Below, one piece after another: positions 53,801 through 63,777 of a DNA stretch of 64,000 nt (the first letter of the stretch is position 1; each line of letters begins with the position of its first letter). The notes beneath the pieces are model-generated. The model saw only the letters and a list, made by a program, of their open reading frames with translations, was not told where the DNA came from and did no database searches. The stretch is from Chthoniobacterales bacterium (GTDB lineage: Bacteria; Verrucomicrobiota; Verrucomicrobiia; Chthoniobacterales; UBA10450), in the NCBI GenBank assembly GCA_038321775.1, contig JBBQFI010000014.1, positions 536 through 64,535 on the forward strand. The letters run 5' to 3'. The position numbers and the translations under genes were made by a program.

Positions 53801-54376
53801 CTAACCGGTCGCGGGCTCGATCAATCCGAAGTCGCCGCCCTTACGTCGGTAGAGAACGTTCACCCGGGAGCTAAGCGCATTGCGGAAAACCAAAAACTGG
53901 CGGTGCGACATTTCCATCTGCAACACCGCTTCATCCACATACATCGGCTTCACCTGATAACGTTCGGTCCGCACAATCGGATGGTGCGGATGTTCCTCAT
54001 CCTCGGCCGGCTCGGGATCGAGCACGTGTTCTTCGAGATGCTGCACCACATCTTTGCGTGGCCGGTGTTTGCGCATCAGCCGCGTTTTATACTTTCGCAT
54101 CTGGCGCGCGACTTTGTCCGTGACCTGGTCGATCGCCGCGTACATGTCGTCGGTCTCTTCGCACGCTTCGATCGTGATGTGATTCGAACAGACCAGAACG
54201 ATCTCTGCCGAATGCCGATATTTTTCGACTTCAAGAATCGCGTGGGCTTCGATGATTTTCGGATAATCAAGATGAAGGCTCTCGATTTTTTTCGTGACGT
54301 AATCGTTGATCGCTTCGGTGACGGCGAAGTGGCGACCAGTGATTTTGACGGGCGGATGAGCGTTGGCGGTTAACAC
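53801..54376 (-). CDS. hpf: Ribosome hibernation-promoting factor (long HPF)
   Basis: 191 aa. Sigma-54-modulation/S30EA N-domain plus a C-terminal dimerisation domain (KPMYVDEAVLQME...FLVFRN). Confidence 0.85.
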   Translation of the reverse strand: MLTANAHPPVKITGRHFAVTEAINDYVTKKIESLHLDYPKIIEAHAILEVEKYRHSAEIVLVCSNHITIEACEETDDMYAAIDQVTDKVARQMRKYKTRLMRKHRPRKDVVQHLEEHVLDPEPAEDEEHPHHPIVRTERYQVKPMYVDEAVLQMEMSHRQFLVFRNALSSRVNVLYRRKGGDFGLIEPATG

Positions 54377-54391
54377 ACGATTTCCTTTCTC

Positions 54392-55177
54392 TTACATTTG
54401 AAAACGTTCGCCGAGATAAAGCTGGCGACTGATCGGATCGTTGATCAGAAAATCTTTTGTTCCTTCGCTCTCGACGCGTCCTTCGAAGATGAGATAAGCG
54501 CGATCAACAATGGAAAGCGTCTCACGCACGTTGTGATCGGTGATCATAATGGCGAGGCCCGATTTCCGCAGATTGACGATGATCTGCTGCACATCGTAAA
54601 CGGCGATCGGATCGACGCCGCTGAACGGTTCATCGAGCATGAGTAATTTCGGCTCCGTCACCAGCGAACGCGCGATGGTGAGCCGGCGTTTTTCGCCACC
54701 GCTCAAAGTCAGCGCCTGATTTTTTGCGATGCGTTCGATTCCAAATTGATGCAGCAATTGATCGCAACGATTTCGCCGTTCCGATTTGCTCATGGGCAAG
54801 GTTTCAAGAATCGCGAGGATGTTTTGTTCCACCGTCATCTTGCGAAAGATCGATTCTTCCTGGGGCAAATAACCCATGCCCAGACGCGCGCGCTTAAACA
54901 TCGGATATCTCGTCACGTCGGTTCCGGAAAACGTGACGGTCCCGCTATTGGGCCTAACGAGTCCGACAATCATGTAGAAGCTCGTCGTTTTGCCGGCGCC
55001 GTTCGGACCAAGCAATCCCACGATTTCGTTGCTGCGAACGTTGATATTGATCCCGTTCACAACCGCACGGCCGCCATAAATTTTCACGAGTTGATCCGTG
55101 ACCAAAACATTTTCCGCCTTCGCCGATTGCTGCGGTGCTGGGCCTGGCGTGGTCGCCGGCAGTGTTCCGGTCGTCAT
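54392..55177 (-). CDS. lptB: LPS export ABC transporter ATP-binding protein
   Basis: Walker A GPNGAGKTT, signature LSGGEKRRL, Walker B LLMLDEP, and an LptB-type C-terminus (YLGERF). Confidence 0.9.
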   Translation of the reverse strand: MTTGTLPATTPGPAPQQSAKAENVLVTDQLVKIYGGRAVVNGININVRSNEIVGLLGPNGAGKTTSFYMIVGLVRPNSGTVTFSGTDVTRYPMFKRARLGMGYLPQEESIFRKMTVEQNILAILETLPMSKSERRNRCDQLLHQFGIERIAKNQALTLSGGEKRRLTIARSLVTEPKLLMLDEPFSGVDPIAVYDVQQIIVNLRKSGLAIMITDHNVRETLSIVDRAYLIFEGRVESEGTKDFLINDPISRQLYLGERFQM

Positions 55178-55827
55178 TTTTTGGGCGTTGCGCTGGGGGA
55201 AGCTGACGGCGAACCCGACGGAGAACCGGAGGGCGACGGTGATGGTTGCTGTCGAATTTCGGTACGACTCGGTCCGCGCGTGGTCAGTTGGCCCTCCTGA
55301 TTCAGGATCATCACCGTATCAGGACTGCTGGCAATATGCATGTTCATTCCTTGCTGCACTCGAGGGTTTCCGGTGAGCTGCACGATGCCGTCATTTGTCG
55401 TGTAAACTCCAGTATCCGCCAACCCGATCGACCGCTGCGGCGGGCCTCCATTCGGATCCGGTCGATCGCGAACAACCCCTACATTGCCCGTGGCCACCGC
55501 CTTTTCCAGTCCCTGATTCGCTTTGCTGATGTAGGCCGTCAATTTGTCCGACTGCAAAGCGAAACGCGGATCCCTTACCTTCACGTGGCCGAAAAATTTG
55601 CCGATATTATGGGCCGAATCGAAGAATGTTTCGTCGGCATAAATCTCGGTCGTGACCAGCTCCGTAGGATTCTTCAGATCGAACGCCGCCGGTTTTCCAC
55701 TTGCTGCTTTCTCCTTCGCCGGCTTGGGGGAAGGGCTCGCCGCTTTTTCCTTCTCGGCATCCTTTGCAAGAAGTAAAGCGCTCGCCATCGCGAAAATAAT
55801 TACCACTGCCGATATCCGAATTTTCAT
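55174..55827 (-). CDS. lptA: LptA/OstA-family periplasmic LPS transport protein with Pro/Ser-rich C-terminal tail
   Basis: Signal peptide and an OstA-like beta-jellyroll region. The position between lptC-like and lptB genes supports the call. The tail reads QQPSPSPSGSPSGSPSASPSATPKK. Confidence 0.65.
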   Translation of the reverse strand: MKIRISAVVIIFAMASALLLAKDAEKEKAASPSPKPAKEKAASGKPAAFDLKNPTELVTTEIYADETFFDSAHNIGKFFGHVKVRDPRFALQSDKLTAYISKANQGLEKAVATGNVGVVRDRPDPNGGPPQRSIGLADTGVYTTNDGIVQLTGNPRVQQGMNMHIASSPDTVMILNQEGQLTTRGPSRTEIRQQPSPSPSGSPSGSPSASPSATPKK

Positions 55828-56372
55828 TCGCTCCCCTTCGGCGAAAGCTGAGACTGACCTCTGATAACCATTTTGACATTACCGACCAGCGTTCCTTGTC
55901 GCGTTGTCGTGTCGAATTTCATCGTGTCGCCGACGATATCAAAATCCGCGCGATGCACCGTGGTTTGCTGCTGTGAATTGATCACTCTCGTCTTCAAATC
56001 GAGGACTGAGCTGCTCATGTTGATTTGCAAATCCGGTTTTTGCTCCGCGGTGTAGGTGGTCATTTTCAGATCGCGCATTTCGAGATGAATGTTGTCGAGT
56101 CGTTTTGCAACCCCGGCGTCAAATCGATTACTGAGACGACCACGCAGATCGTAATCAGGTAAAACCAAGCCTTTGGCCTCGTGGCCGATCGGAAGAGGAA
56201 TGTTACTCGCGTCGTCTTTCTTTTCTTGAGCAGCCTTCGCTTCCTCCAGTTTTTTCTTGTGCTTTTTTCCCTTTCCTTCCGCCCACACCGTGTTTGAGCC
56301 AAGGGCGCAAATGAGAAGAAGAACGAAAAGAGCGCGCCCAGTGCGGACGCGACCGCTACGAAACGGTAGCAT
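55824..56372 (-). CDS. LptC-like membrane-anchored protein
   Basis: 182 aa with an N-terminal anchor. The call rests mainly on position (kdsA-lptC-lptA-lptB order) and size. Confidence 0.45.
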   Translation of the reverse strand: MLPFRSGRVRTGRALFVLLLICALGSNTVWAEGKGKKHKKKLEEAKAAQEKKDDASNIPLPIGHEAKGLVLPDYDLRGRLSNRFDAGVAKRLDNIHLEMRDLKMTTYTAEQKPDLQINMSSSVLDLKTRVINSQQQTTVHRADFDIVGDTMKFDTTTRQGTLVGNVKMVIRGQSQLSPKGSE

Positions 56373-57210
56373 GGATAGCCCTTAACATGCGAAGGTGCTT
56401 CGGCAACTGCTTTAGCGGAATCTGATTCGCGCCATCCGAGAGCGCGCGCGCCGGGTTTTCGTGCACCTCGAGAAAAATTCCATCGCAACCGGCCGCCACC
56501 GCCGCGCGCGCCAGCACTGGTGCGAGTTTGCCGTCGCCCGATGTCGCATCTCCCGCTCCACCTGGTCGCTGCACAGAATGCGTCGCGTCGAAAATCACGC
56601 GGTATCCCGACTCGCGCATCCAGTAAAGCGAACGCATGTCGGCCACGAGATTATTATAACCGAACGTTGTTCCGCGTTCGGTGAAAAGGAACTTTTCGTT
56701 ACCGAACTCGGTTAATTTCTCGGCGATGTTCCGCACGTCCCACGGCGCGAGAAATTGGCCTTTCTTCACGTTGATAGGCCGGCCTGTTTCCGCCGCCGCT
56801 TTTAACAGATCTGTTTGGCGGCAGAGGAACGCCGGGATTTGCAGCAAATCGATTTTTTCGCCGGCGATCTCCGCTTCCTCGGGCGAATGCACATCCGTTG
56901 TCACCGGAATTTTAAATTCCTTTCCGATTGCAGCGAGCATTTCGCAGCCTTCGCGCACACCAATTCCACGATAAGAGCGCACCGATGTCCGATTCGCTTT
57001 GTCGTAGGAAGCTTTGAAGATGAACGGCACGGATTCTTGGGCGCAAATCTCCGAAATACGCTGCGCCATTCGCCTAACGAACCGTTCCGACTCGATCACG
57101 CAAGGACCGAGAATAAACGCGAGTTCCTTTCCGCCGATCGAGACGTCTTGAATTTTAAGCGGCTTAGACTTCACGATAATAAATTGTAGGGAGGCTGTAT
57201 CAGCCGCCAA
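56356..57210 (-). CDS. kdsA: 3-deoxy-8-phosphooctulonate (KDO-8-P) synthase
   Basis: 284 aa. GPCVIES, KASYDKANR, QIPAFLCRQTDL and DATHSVQ motifs. Confidence 0.9.
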   Translation of the reverse strand: MAADTASLQFIIVKSKPLKIQDVSIGGKELAFILGPCVIESERFVRRMAQRISEICAQESVPFIFKASYDKANRTSVRSYRGIGVREGCEMLAAIGKEFKIPVTTDVHSPEEAEIAGEKIDLLQIPAFLCRQTDLLKAAAETGRPINVKKGQFLAPWDVRNIAEKLTEFGNEKFLFTERGTTFGYNNLVADMRSLYWMRESGYRVIFDATHSVQRPGGAGDATSGDGKLAPVLARAAVAAGCDGIFLEVHENPARALSDGANQIPLKQLPKHLRMLRAIHATVS

Positions 57211-57239
57211 TCTTTTATAAGGCGTTTCATAGAAACGCC

Positions 57240-57953
57240 CTACAATTTTTGTGCCTTCGTAAAATCAAAAATCGCAAACGGCGCATACAGCACGGCGAAA
57301 AAGAAAAACGCGACCAGATTCATCTGCAAAATGTAGAGCGGTCGCCAGTCCGACAACAAACTCAAGAGCGATGCCGCCTCCGGTTTGTGCAAAAGAAAAC
57401 CGTAATTCACGCCGGTTATCTGATCGAGCGCGAGCGCGACGACCAAATAAACCTCCGACCAAAAAAGTGTTCGCCAGACAGAAGCAAGAACGGGCCGAAA
57501 TCTTCGGCTCAACATCAAATAGATAATGCCGATTACGATCGCACCGTGATCGAGAAAAAAGGAAAAGAAGCGAAAATCTGGAAAACCAAATTGCAGATTG
57601 GGCGTGATGATCGCCTGCATGCTTCCGCCAATTCCCCAAAAATATGCGACTTCGAGCCACAGCTCGCGTTTCTCTTTTAGGAGCGCGACAAGAACAGCAA
57701 CCATCGTCCAATCGCAGAGCTGCATGGGCAACATTTCGCGCCAATTACCGTAACCATGCTGCCAGCGGTAGCCGACGTAACCGATGTAATTGCCAATCAG
57801 CAATGTCGCCAAAGAAAAACGGACGAAGCGATCAAGCGCGACGGATTTCGTGCGACGAAAAGCGATCGCAAAAACGACCGGGATAAAGAGCGTAAGAAAA
57901 ATCGCGCACAGATGTGCCGCACCAAATTGTTGCAATGGCGGCGCCTCGTTCAT
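57240..57953 (-). CDS. TIGR02206/YwaF-like integral membrane protein
   Basis: 237 aa with about 7 TM helices. LPMQLCDW and FFLDHG motifs resemble this family. Confidence 0.5.
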   Translation of the reverse strand: MNEAPPLQQFGAAHLCAIFLTLFIPVVFAIAFRRTKSVALDRFVRFSLATLLIGNYIGYVGYRWQHGYGNWREMLPMQLCDWTMVAVLVALLKEKRELWLEVAYFWGIGGSMQAIITPNLQFGFPDFRFFSFFLDHGAIVIGIIYLMLSRRFRPVLASVWRTLFWSEVYLVVALALDQITGVNYGFLLHKPEAASLLSLLSDWRPLYILQMNLVAFFFFAVLYAPFAIFDFTKAQKL

Positions 57954-57974
57954 CGCTCGCGCAAACTTTCCGCG

Positions 57975-58802
57975 TTAACGAATAACCCAGAGATTGCACG
58001 GGATCACATCGGTGACCCAGGCAATTGCTGCCGGCAATTTTTTCTCCGTGCCAGTTTGTGGCAACACCGGTACCGCCAGCAAATCCGCCTCGACCGCTTG
58101 CACAAAATCGGACGCGGCATAAGCGGTATTTCCACGCACGCAGCGCGCTTCGATCGGAACTTCGGTCTGACCCGCAGCAAGAATGAATTGCTCCAGCGCG
58201 GCTTCTTCCTCTGCGAGCGTCCGCGCCGGCTCGGGGGAAGCTGACGTCTTTGATCGGCGCGAGGCACGCGCTTCATCAAACGTCGTATAAACTCGAATCG
58301 CGTAGAGACGCTCGCATTTTTCGCGCTGAGCGAGCTGGAGCACCATGTGAAATGCTCGTTGTCCGTGCTCCGAGTAATCCGCCATGAACACGATCTTCTT
58401 CATCGGCTTGGGCTCGATTTCCGGATGAACGAAAAGCATGACCGAACACTCCGCATCACGCACGAGGCGGCGGGCGACGTTGCCCAGAAACGGCCGCAAA
58501 ATCACTTCCTTCTCCAGCGCGCCCGCGACAATAAGATCGACGTTATTATCAGCAGCTGCGCGCAGAATCGCCGTGGCTGGTTCGCCTTCCTGGCAATAGA
58601 TGTTCGACTCTGTGGGAAGATCGAGCTGCGCTAAAGCGTCGCCAAACTTCTTCTTCGTCTCTTCACTGCACGGGCCGACATAGATCAAATTCAGCTTCGC
58701 ATCGAGACGATCGCGAATTCGTTTTGCTTCCGCGAGAACTTGCAGAAAGCGAGGAGAAAAAGTGCTGGCAACAGCGATGGAGCGGTGAAATTGCTCGGCC
58801 AT
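57975..58802 (-). CDS. Tandem universal stress protein (UspA-domain x2)
   Basis: Start at the internal ATG 58802 (MAEQFHRSIAVAS). There are two Usp-like halves (DLIVAGA...; DLLAVPV...). Confidence 0.7.
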   Translation of the reverse strand: MAEQFHRSIAVASTFSPRFLQVLAEAKRIRDRLDAKLNLIYVGPCSEETKKKFGDALAQLDLPTESNIYCQEGEPATAILRAAADNNVDLIVAGALEKEVILRPFLGNVARRLVRDAECSVMLFVHPEIEPKPMKKIVFMADYSEHGQRAFHMVLQLAQREKCERLYAIRVYTTFDEARASRRSKTSASPEPARTLAEEEAALEQFILAAGQTEVPIEARCVRGNTAYAASDFVQAVEADLLAVPVLPQTGTEKKLPAAIAWVTDVIPCNLWVIR

Positions 58803-58899
58803 GGAATAACGATCTAACTTCCAGATTCGACCGGTGAAGGCAAATCGCTCACAACGATGTCGCTTTTCATTTTCTTTTTCCTCTGCAATTTTGCGGGAC

Positions 58900-59379
58900 A
58901 TGCGGCGCGCCATCTATCCCGGCAGTTTCGATCCCGTAACGAATGGACATCTCGACGTCATCGAGCGGGCTCGCAAACTTTTCGACGAAGTCATCGTCGC
59001 CGTCGCGCACAACGATCAGAAAGATCCGCTCTTCACTTTGGAGGAGCGGCTCGAGCTCTTGCAAAAGGCCATCGGCGATCGCGATCACGTGAAGATCGCG
59101 CCGCTTGACGGTCTTCTGGTCGAATTTGCCGTGGCGCGCGAAGCGGTCGCGGTTGTTCGCGGTTTGCGCGCGGTTTCGGACTTTGAGTTTGAATTTCAAA
59201 TGGCGCTCATGAACCGAAAGCTCGAGGCAAAAGTGGAGACAATTTTTCTGATGCCGAAAGAGGAATACACGTATCTGAGCTCGCGCATCGTGAAGGAGAT
59301 CGCGAGATTGGGCGGCGATGTCGGTAAATTTGTGCCCGACTGCGTGATGACGGCATTCGCAAAAAAGCTTGAGAAATGA
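58900..59379 (+). CDS. coaD: Pantetheine-phosphate adenylyltransferase
   Basis: Start at the internal ATG 58900 (MRRAIYPGSFDPVTNGHLD). ISSTRIVKE-like motif (LSSRIVKEI). Confidence 0.9.
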   Translation: MRRAIYPGSFDPVTNGHLDVIERARKLFDEVIVAVAHNDQKDPLFTLEERLELLQKAIGDRDHVKIAPLDGLLVEFAVAREAVAVVRGLRAVSDFEFEFQMALMNRKLEAKVETIFLMPKEEYTYLSSRIVKEIARLGGDVGKFVPDCVMTAFAKKLEK

Positions 59380-59822
59380 AAATTCATCTCAAACAAATTT
59401 CCGAATCGGGGTTGCATCTTGACGGGGAAGAAGAATGTCCGATTCCGGAATTGGCGAAAGACGGAATCCGATGCATCGGTCCGTTGCATTACAATTTGGA
59501 CCTTGGCATTTCCGAAGGAGCGCTTTGGGCAAATGGCACCTTGAAACAAGCGATCGAAGTGAGCTGCGTCTCGTGTCTGGAAAAATTTGTGCACGAAATC
59601 AACGTGCCGGCATTTGCCCTGCATACGGAATTGCACGGGCCGGAAACGGTCGATCTCACACCCTTCATCCGCGAAGATATTTTGCTGAATGTGCCGGCTT
59701 ATCCGCACTGCGACCGCGAAGGCGATCGGGTCTGCAAAGCGCCTCGCACCGAAACGACCGCGGAGCCTGCGAAACGGAAACCCGACTGGAGCGCGCTTGA
59801 TAAATTGAAGGTCAAAGAGTAA
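59376..59822 (+). CDS. yceD: YceD/DUF177 family protein
   Basis: 148 aa. CVSCLE...CDREGDRVC cysteine pattern. Located immediately upstream of rpmF, as in many bacteria. Confidence 0.7.
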   Translation: MKIHLKQISESGLHLDGEEECPIPELAKDGIRCIGPLHYNLDLGISEGALWANGTLKQAIEVSCVSCLEKFVHEINVPAFALHTELHGPETVDLTPFIREDILLNVPAYPHCDREGDRVCKAPRTETTAEPAKRKPDWSALDKLKVKE

Positions 59823-59868
59823 CGACAGGTTGTTTTTTTCCGATTTCCTGCTTTCCTGATCCGCTCGT

Positions 59869-60051
59869 ATGGGAGTTCCAAAACGCAAAACCTCGAAGAT
59901 GCGCCTGCGCACGCGCAAGGCATCGCATCGCTGGCGCGCACCATTGCTGAACAAATGTTCGCAATGTGGTAGCAGCGTCGCCTCACACACAGCGTGTCCT
60001 TCATGCGGTTATTACAAGGGACGACAGGTGTTAACGGTCGAGGCAAAATAA
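59869..60051 (+). CDS. rpmF: 50S ribosomal protein L32
   Basis: 60 aa. MGVPKRKTSKMR start and a CxxC...CxxC zinc ribbon. Confidence 0.9.
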   Translation: MGVPKRKTSKMRLRTRKASHRWRAPLLNKCSQCGSSVASHTACPSCGYYKGRQVLTVEAK

Positions 60052-60184
60052 TTTCTACCGATTTGTAACGCCGCCTCGCAGCGGCAAATGATTTGCTGCA
60101 ATTTATTTGTTGCGAATGAACGCAGCGCTCGACTTAAATTTTCGCTTTGCATTCAACCGCTGAAATTTGCAGACTGCCGCCCCG

Positions 60185-61216
60185 ATGAAGATCGCTTTAG
60201 ATGCGATGGGAGGCGATTTTGGTCCGCCGAACCTGGTTGCTGGCGCAGTAATGGCTCTGCGCGAATATCCTCATATCAACAATCTCTCTCTTGTCGGCGA
60301 CGCCACGCAGATTGAATCAGAATTAAAAAAGCTCGGTTGCAATGATCGTCGTATCGAGATCGTCCATGCGACGCAAGTCGTAGACATGTGCGATCGTGCG
60401 GTGGAAGCGGTCCGGCGAAAAAAAGATTCGTCCATCAGTCGCGCTGTCGATCTGGTAAAATATGGGAAAGCGGACGCGGTTGTCAGCGCCGGACATACGG
60501 GGGCTGCGGTCGCTGCCAGCGCCATTAAATTGCGGACGTTGCCCGGGATTGACCGCCCAGGAATAGCAGCGGTTCTGCCAACGGAAACAAACGTTTTTGT
60601 GCTGGTCGACGCGGGCGCAAACATCGACGCGCGTCCCGAACACCTTCTGCAATATGCGTTCATGGGAACGGTTTATTCTCGTCATGTTCTGGGATACAAA
60701 AATCCGACAGTCGGTTTGATTTCGCTCGGCGAAGAGGACGTTAAAGGGAACGAAATGACGAAAGAAGTCTTCAAGATGTTGAAGAAAAGTTCTCTCAATT
60801 TTATCGGTAACATCGAAGGCCGTCACCTTTTTGAAGATCCGGTCGAAGTGGTGGTTTGCGATGGTTTTGTCGGCAACGTTATTTTGAAAACGTCGGAATC
60901 GATTGCGGTCGCAATTTTCGCCTGGCTCAAACACGAGCTCAAGCGCACACCGATGAGGAAAGCCGGAGCCTTCCTCGCACGCGACGCTTTTCACACGATC
61001 AAGGATAAAACGAACTACGAAGAATATGGCGGCAGCCCGCTCCTGGGCGTGAATGGAATTTGTATCATTGCGCACGGAGCGAGCACACCGCTTGCGGTTA
61101 AAAATGCGCTGCGCGTGGCAGCCGAGTCGATTGAACAGCAGGTGAATCCGCATATCGTCGAGGAGATTCGCCGGTACAATGAAACGACAGCCCCGCTCGA
61201 GCCCGCACTCCGCTAA
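60185..61216 (+). CDS. plsX: Phosphate acyltransferase PlsX
   Basis: MKIALDAMGGDFGP start (internal ATG 60185), and VSAGHTGA. Confidence 0.9.
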   Translation: MKIALDAMGGDFGPPNLVAGAVMALREYPHINNLSLVGDATQIESELKKLGCNDRRIEIVHATQVVDMCDRAVEAVRRKKDSSISRAVDLVKYGKADAVVSAGHTGAAVAASAIKLRTLPGIDRPGIAAVLPTETNVFVLVDAGANIDARPEHLLQYAFMGTVYSRHVLGYKNPTVGLISLGEEDVKGNEMTKEVFKMLKKSSLNFIGNIEGRHLFEDPVEVVVCDGFVGNVILKTSESIAVAIFAWLKHELKRTPMRKAGAFLARDAFHTIKDKTNYEEYGGSPLLGVNGICIIAHGASTPLAVKNALRVAAESIEQQVNPHIVEEIRRYNETTAPLEPALR

Positions 61217-62204
61217 ATCACAGCGGACAGTCTCGATCATCGGTACCGGCAGTTACGTGCCGGAAAAAATTCTCACCAACGAAGACCTCTCGCGCATCGT
61301 CGAGACGACTGACGAGTGGATCGTCAGTCGCACCGGCATCAAAGAGCGGCGTGTTGCGGCCGAAGATGAATTCACCAGCGACATGGCGACGAAGGCCGCG
61401 CTCAAAGCAATCGAGCAAGCTAAAATCAAAGCCATTGAGATCGATTTGATTCTCGTCGCGACGGCGACGCCCGACATGGTGTTTCCGGCAACCGCTTGTT
61501 TCGTGCAAACGAAAATCGGCGCAACGAAGGCAGCGTGCCTCGATGTTTCTGCGGCGTGCGCTGGTTTTCTCTTTGCTCTCGAGATCGCGCAACAATTTAT
61601 CACTTCACACACTTACGAAACCGTTCTCGTCATTGGCGCTGAACGATTGACGTCGATCACGAATTGGACCGATCGCAACACTTGTGTGCTCTTTGGCGAT
61701 GGCGCGGGCGCGGCGATTCTGCGTCATCGCGGCGGCGGAACTCACGGTGTCATCAGCACTCACATCGGCAGCGACGGTCAATACGCGGATATTTTATTTA
61801 TGCCCGGAGGCGGCTGCAAGACTCCGATCACGCGTGAAAACGCGGGCGATCATTTGCAGACGATTCACATGTCGGGCAAGGAAGTTTACAAGCAGGCTGT
61901 CATCGCAATGTTGGACGCGTCGAAAAAGGCGCTCGAAAAGGCGGGGCTAACGATCGACGATATTTCGTGCGTCATTCCGCATCAGGCAAACGTGCGGATT
62001 ATTGAAGCGATCGCGGATCGTTTGAAAATTCCGATTGAGAAATTCTACGTCAATCTCGATCGTTACGGGAACACTTCCGCGGCGGCAGTAGCAATCGCTT
62101 TGGACGAAGCAAACCGCACCGGACGCATCAAAGCAGGCGACTACATTTTGATGGTTGTCTTCGGCGGTGGGCTAACATGGGCGAGCACGGTCATCGAATG
62201 GTGA
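61179..62204 (+). CDS. fabH: Beta-ketoacyl-ACP synthase III
   Basis: 341 aa. IIGTGSYVP, active-site Cys region (SAACAGF), HQANVRI, and GNTSAAAV. The 5' end overlaps plsX by 38 nt. Confidence 0.9.
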   Translation: MKRQPRSSPHSAKSQRTVSIIGTGSYVPEKILTNEDLSRIVETTDEWIVSRTGIKERRVAAEDEFTSDMATKAALKAIEQAKIKAIEIDLILVATATPDMVFPATACFVQTKIGATKAACLDVSAACAGFLFALEIAQQFITSHTYETVLVIGAERLTSITNWTDRNTCVLFGDGAGAAILRHRGGGTHGVISTHIGSDGQYADILFMPGGGCKTPITRENAGDHLQTIHMSGKEVYKQAVIAMLDASKKALEKAGLTIDDISCVIPHQANVRIIEAIADRLKIPIEKFYVNLDRYGNTSAAAVAIALDEANRTGRIKAGDYILMVVFGGGLTWASTVIEW

Positions 62205-62267
62205 TATTTGGGAAGGACAGGCATTCTGTCTGGTTAGGCTAACGGGCGTTCCGCTCGTTTCACAAAA

Positions 62268-63128
62268 ATGCTAATCGAAACACACGCACATCTTGACTAC
62301 CCCGATTTCGCGAACGACTTCGACGAAGTTCTCCAACGCGCGAAAGAAGCCGGGGTCACACGCATTATTACCATCGGCACTTCGATCGCGAGCAGCCGGC
62401 GCGCAGTCGAACTTGCGGAAAAACATCCTAATATTTTCGCGGTCATCGGCGTCCACCCGACTTCTGCCGAACAAGCGGATGAGGACGTGATGGCTCCGTT
62501 GCGCGAATTGGCAAAGAGTTCGCGCGTCGTGGCGATTGGCGAAACCGGTTTCGATTATCATCGACTGCCGAGCGTTGAATTATCCAAAGAACGCAAGGCG
62601 CAAGTCTTCGCCAAGGCGTTACAAAGTTCGACGGAAGACGAAATCGAAGCCGATATCCACGATGGCGCTTACAAAGCACAACAAGCGAGCTTGTTCGAGC
62701 AACAACTCGATCTCGCTGCGGAACTCGGACTAAATGTGGTGATCCATCAACGCGACGCTTGGGACGACACGCTTGCAATGATGAAACCTCACACGGGAAA
62801 ATTACGCGGAGTCTTCCATTGCTTCGGCGGAACCCGCGAACAAGCCGAGGAAGTCATCGCGCTCGATCATCTGGTTTCGTTTACCGGTATCGTCACGTTT
62901 AAGAACGGGGCGAGTGTGCGCGACGTCGCGGCACAAATTCCGCTTTGGAAATTCACGGTGGAAACTGATTGTCCCTATCTCGCGCCGGTTCCTTTTCGCG
63001 GGAAACGTTGCGAGCCCTGGCATACAAAACTCGTTGCTGAATCGATCGCCGCCGCGCGCGGTTTGACCTTGCAGGAAATCGCAGACGCGACTACTGAGAC
63101 CGCGGAAAAGTTTTTTCGGTTTACCTGA
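62268..63128 (+). CDS. tatD: TatD-family metal-dependent hydrolase
   Basis: 286 aa. ETHAHLD start, AIGETGFDYH, VIHQRDA, and ETDCPYLAP. Confidence 0.85.
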   Translation: MLIETHAHLDYPDFANDFDEVLQRAKEAGVTRIITIGTSIASSRRAVELAEKHPNIFAVIGVHPTSAEQADEDVMAPLRELAKSSRVVAIGETGFDYHRLPSVELSKERKAQVFAKALQSSTEDEIEADIHDGAYKAQQASLFEQQLDLAAELGLNVVIHQRDAWDDTLAMMKPHTGKLRGVFHCFGGTREQAEEVIALDHLVSFTGIVTFKNGASVRDVAAQIPLWKFTVETDCPYLAPVPFRGKRCEPWHTKLVAESIAAARGLTLQEIADATTETAEKFFRFT

Positions 63129-63763
63129 TGCTGAAATCAGCTCCTCGTTTTCTCGCTCTCGCTACTGGCGCTTTCGGGCTTTTGCTCCTTGTCGTTTCCT
63201 GCGCGACTCCTGTCGATACGGCGCATCGTGTCGTCATCAGTATTCCGGAACAAAAGATGGCTGTCTTAGACAAAGGCGTTCCCCTTGCCACTTATCCGGT
63301 TTCGACTTCGAAATTTGGCCTCGGGGATGCGGCCGGACGATGGGGCACTCCTCTTGGCAAAATGGAAGTGGCGACAAAAATCGGAGACGCAGCTCCAATT
63401 GGAGCAGTTTTCAAGGATCGCCGCCTGACGGGCGAAGTCATTCCCGTAGATGCTCCGGGACGAGATCCCATCGTAACACGCATCTTGTGGCTACGTGGCA
63501 CAGAGCCGCAAAATCAAAATGCGTATCGACGTTTCATTTATATTCACGGAACGCCGGAAGAGCGAAACATTGGATTCCCGGTGAGCTATGGCTGCGTGCG
63601 CATGCGGTCACGCGACGTCGCACAGCTCTACGAGACGATCGGCATTGGCGCTGAGGTCTCGATCGTGAATACGACGCTACACGCGGTCGTTCCAGCGGTG
63701 CTTCCGCCTGGCGGTCGTTTAGCGCTGATGAAGGAACCGTTCGCCGGCGCCATCGCTCGTTAG
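63128..63763 (+). CDS. L,D-transpeptidase (YkuD-domain) lipoprotein
   Basis: Lipobox LLVVSC and a catalytic region IHGT...SYGCVRM. The stop codon is embedded in a copy of the 9-mer word. Confidence 0.85.
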   Translation: MLKSAPRFLALATGAFGLLLLVVSCATPVDTAHRVVISIPEQKMAVLDKGVPLATYPVSTSKFGLGDAAGRWGTPLGKMEVATKIGDAAPIGAVFKDRRLTGEVIPVDAPGRDPIVTRILWLRGTEPQNQNAYRRFIYIHGTPEERNIGFPVSYGCVRMRSRDVAQLYETIGIGAEVSIVNTTLHAVVPAVLPPGGRLALMKEPFAGAIAR

Positions 63764-63777
63764 GCGAATTGCTTCGC

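Noticed and set aside
53049-54373. Plus-strand ORFs 53049..53804 and 53690..54373
   Set aside because: They are antisense to hprK and hpf, which have clear catalytic and family motifs, and show no motifs of their own.
59196-61240. Minus-strand ORFs 59196..59990 (264 aa) and 60323..61240 (305 aa)
   Set aside because: They are antisense to coaD/yceD/rpmF and plsX respectively. Their composition is Arg/Phe-rich and shows no family resemblance.
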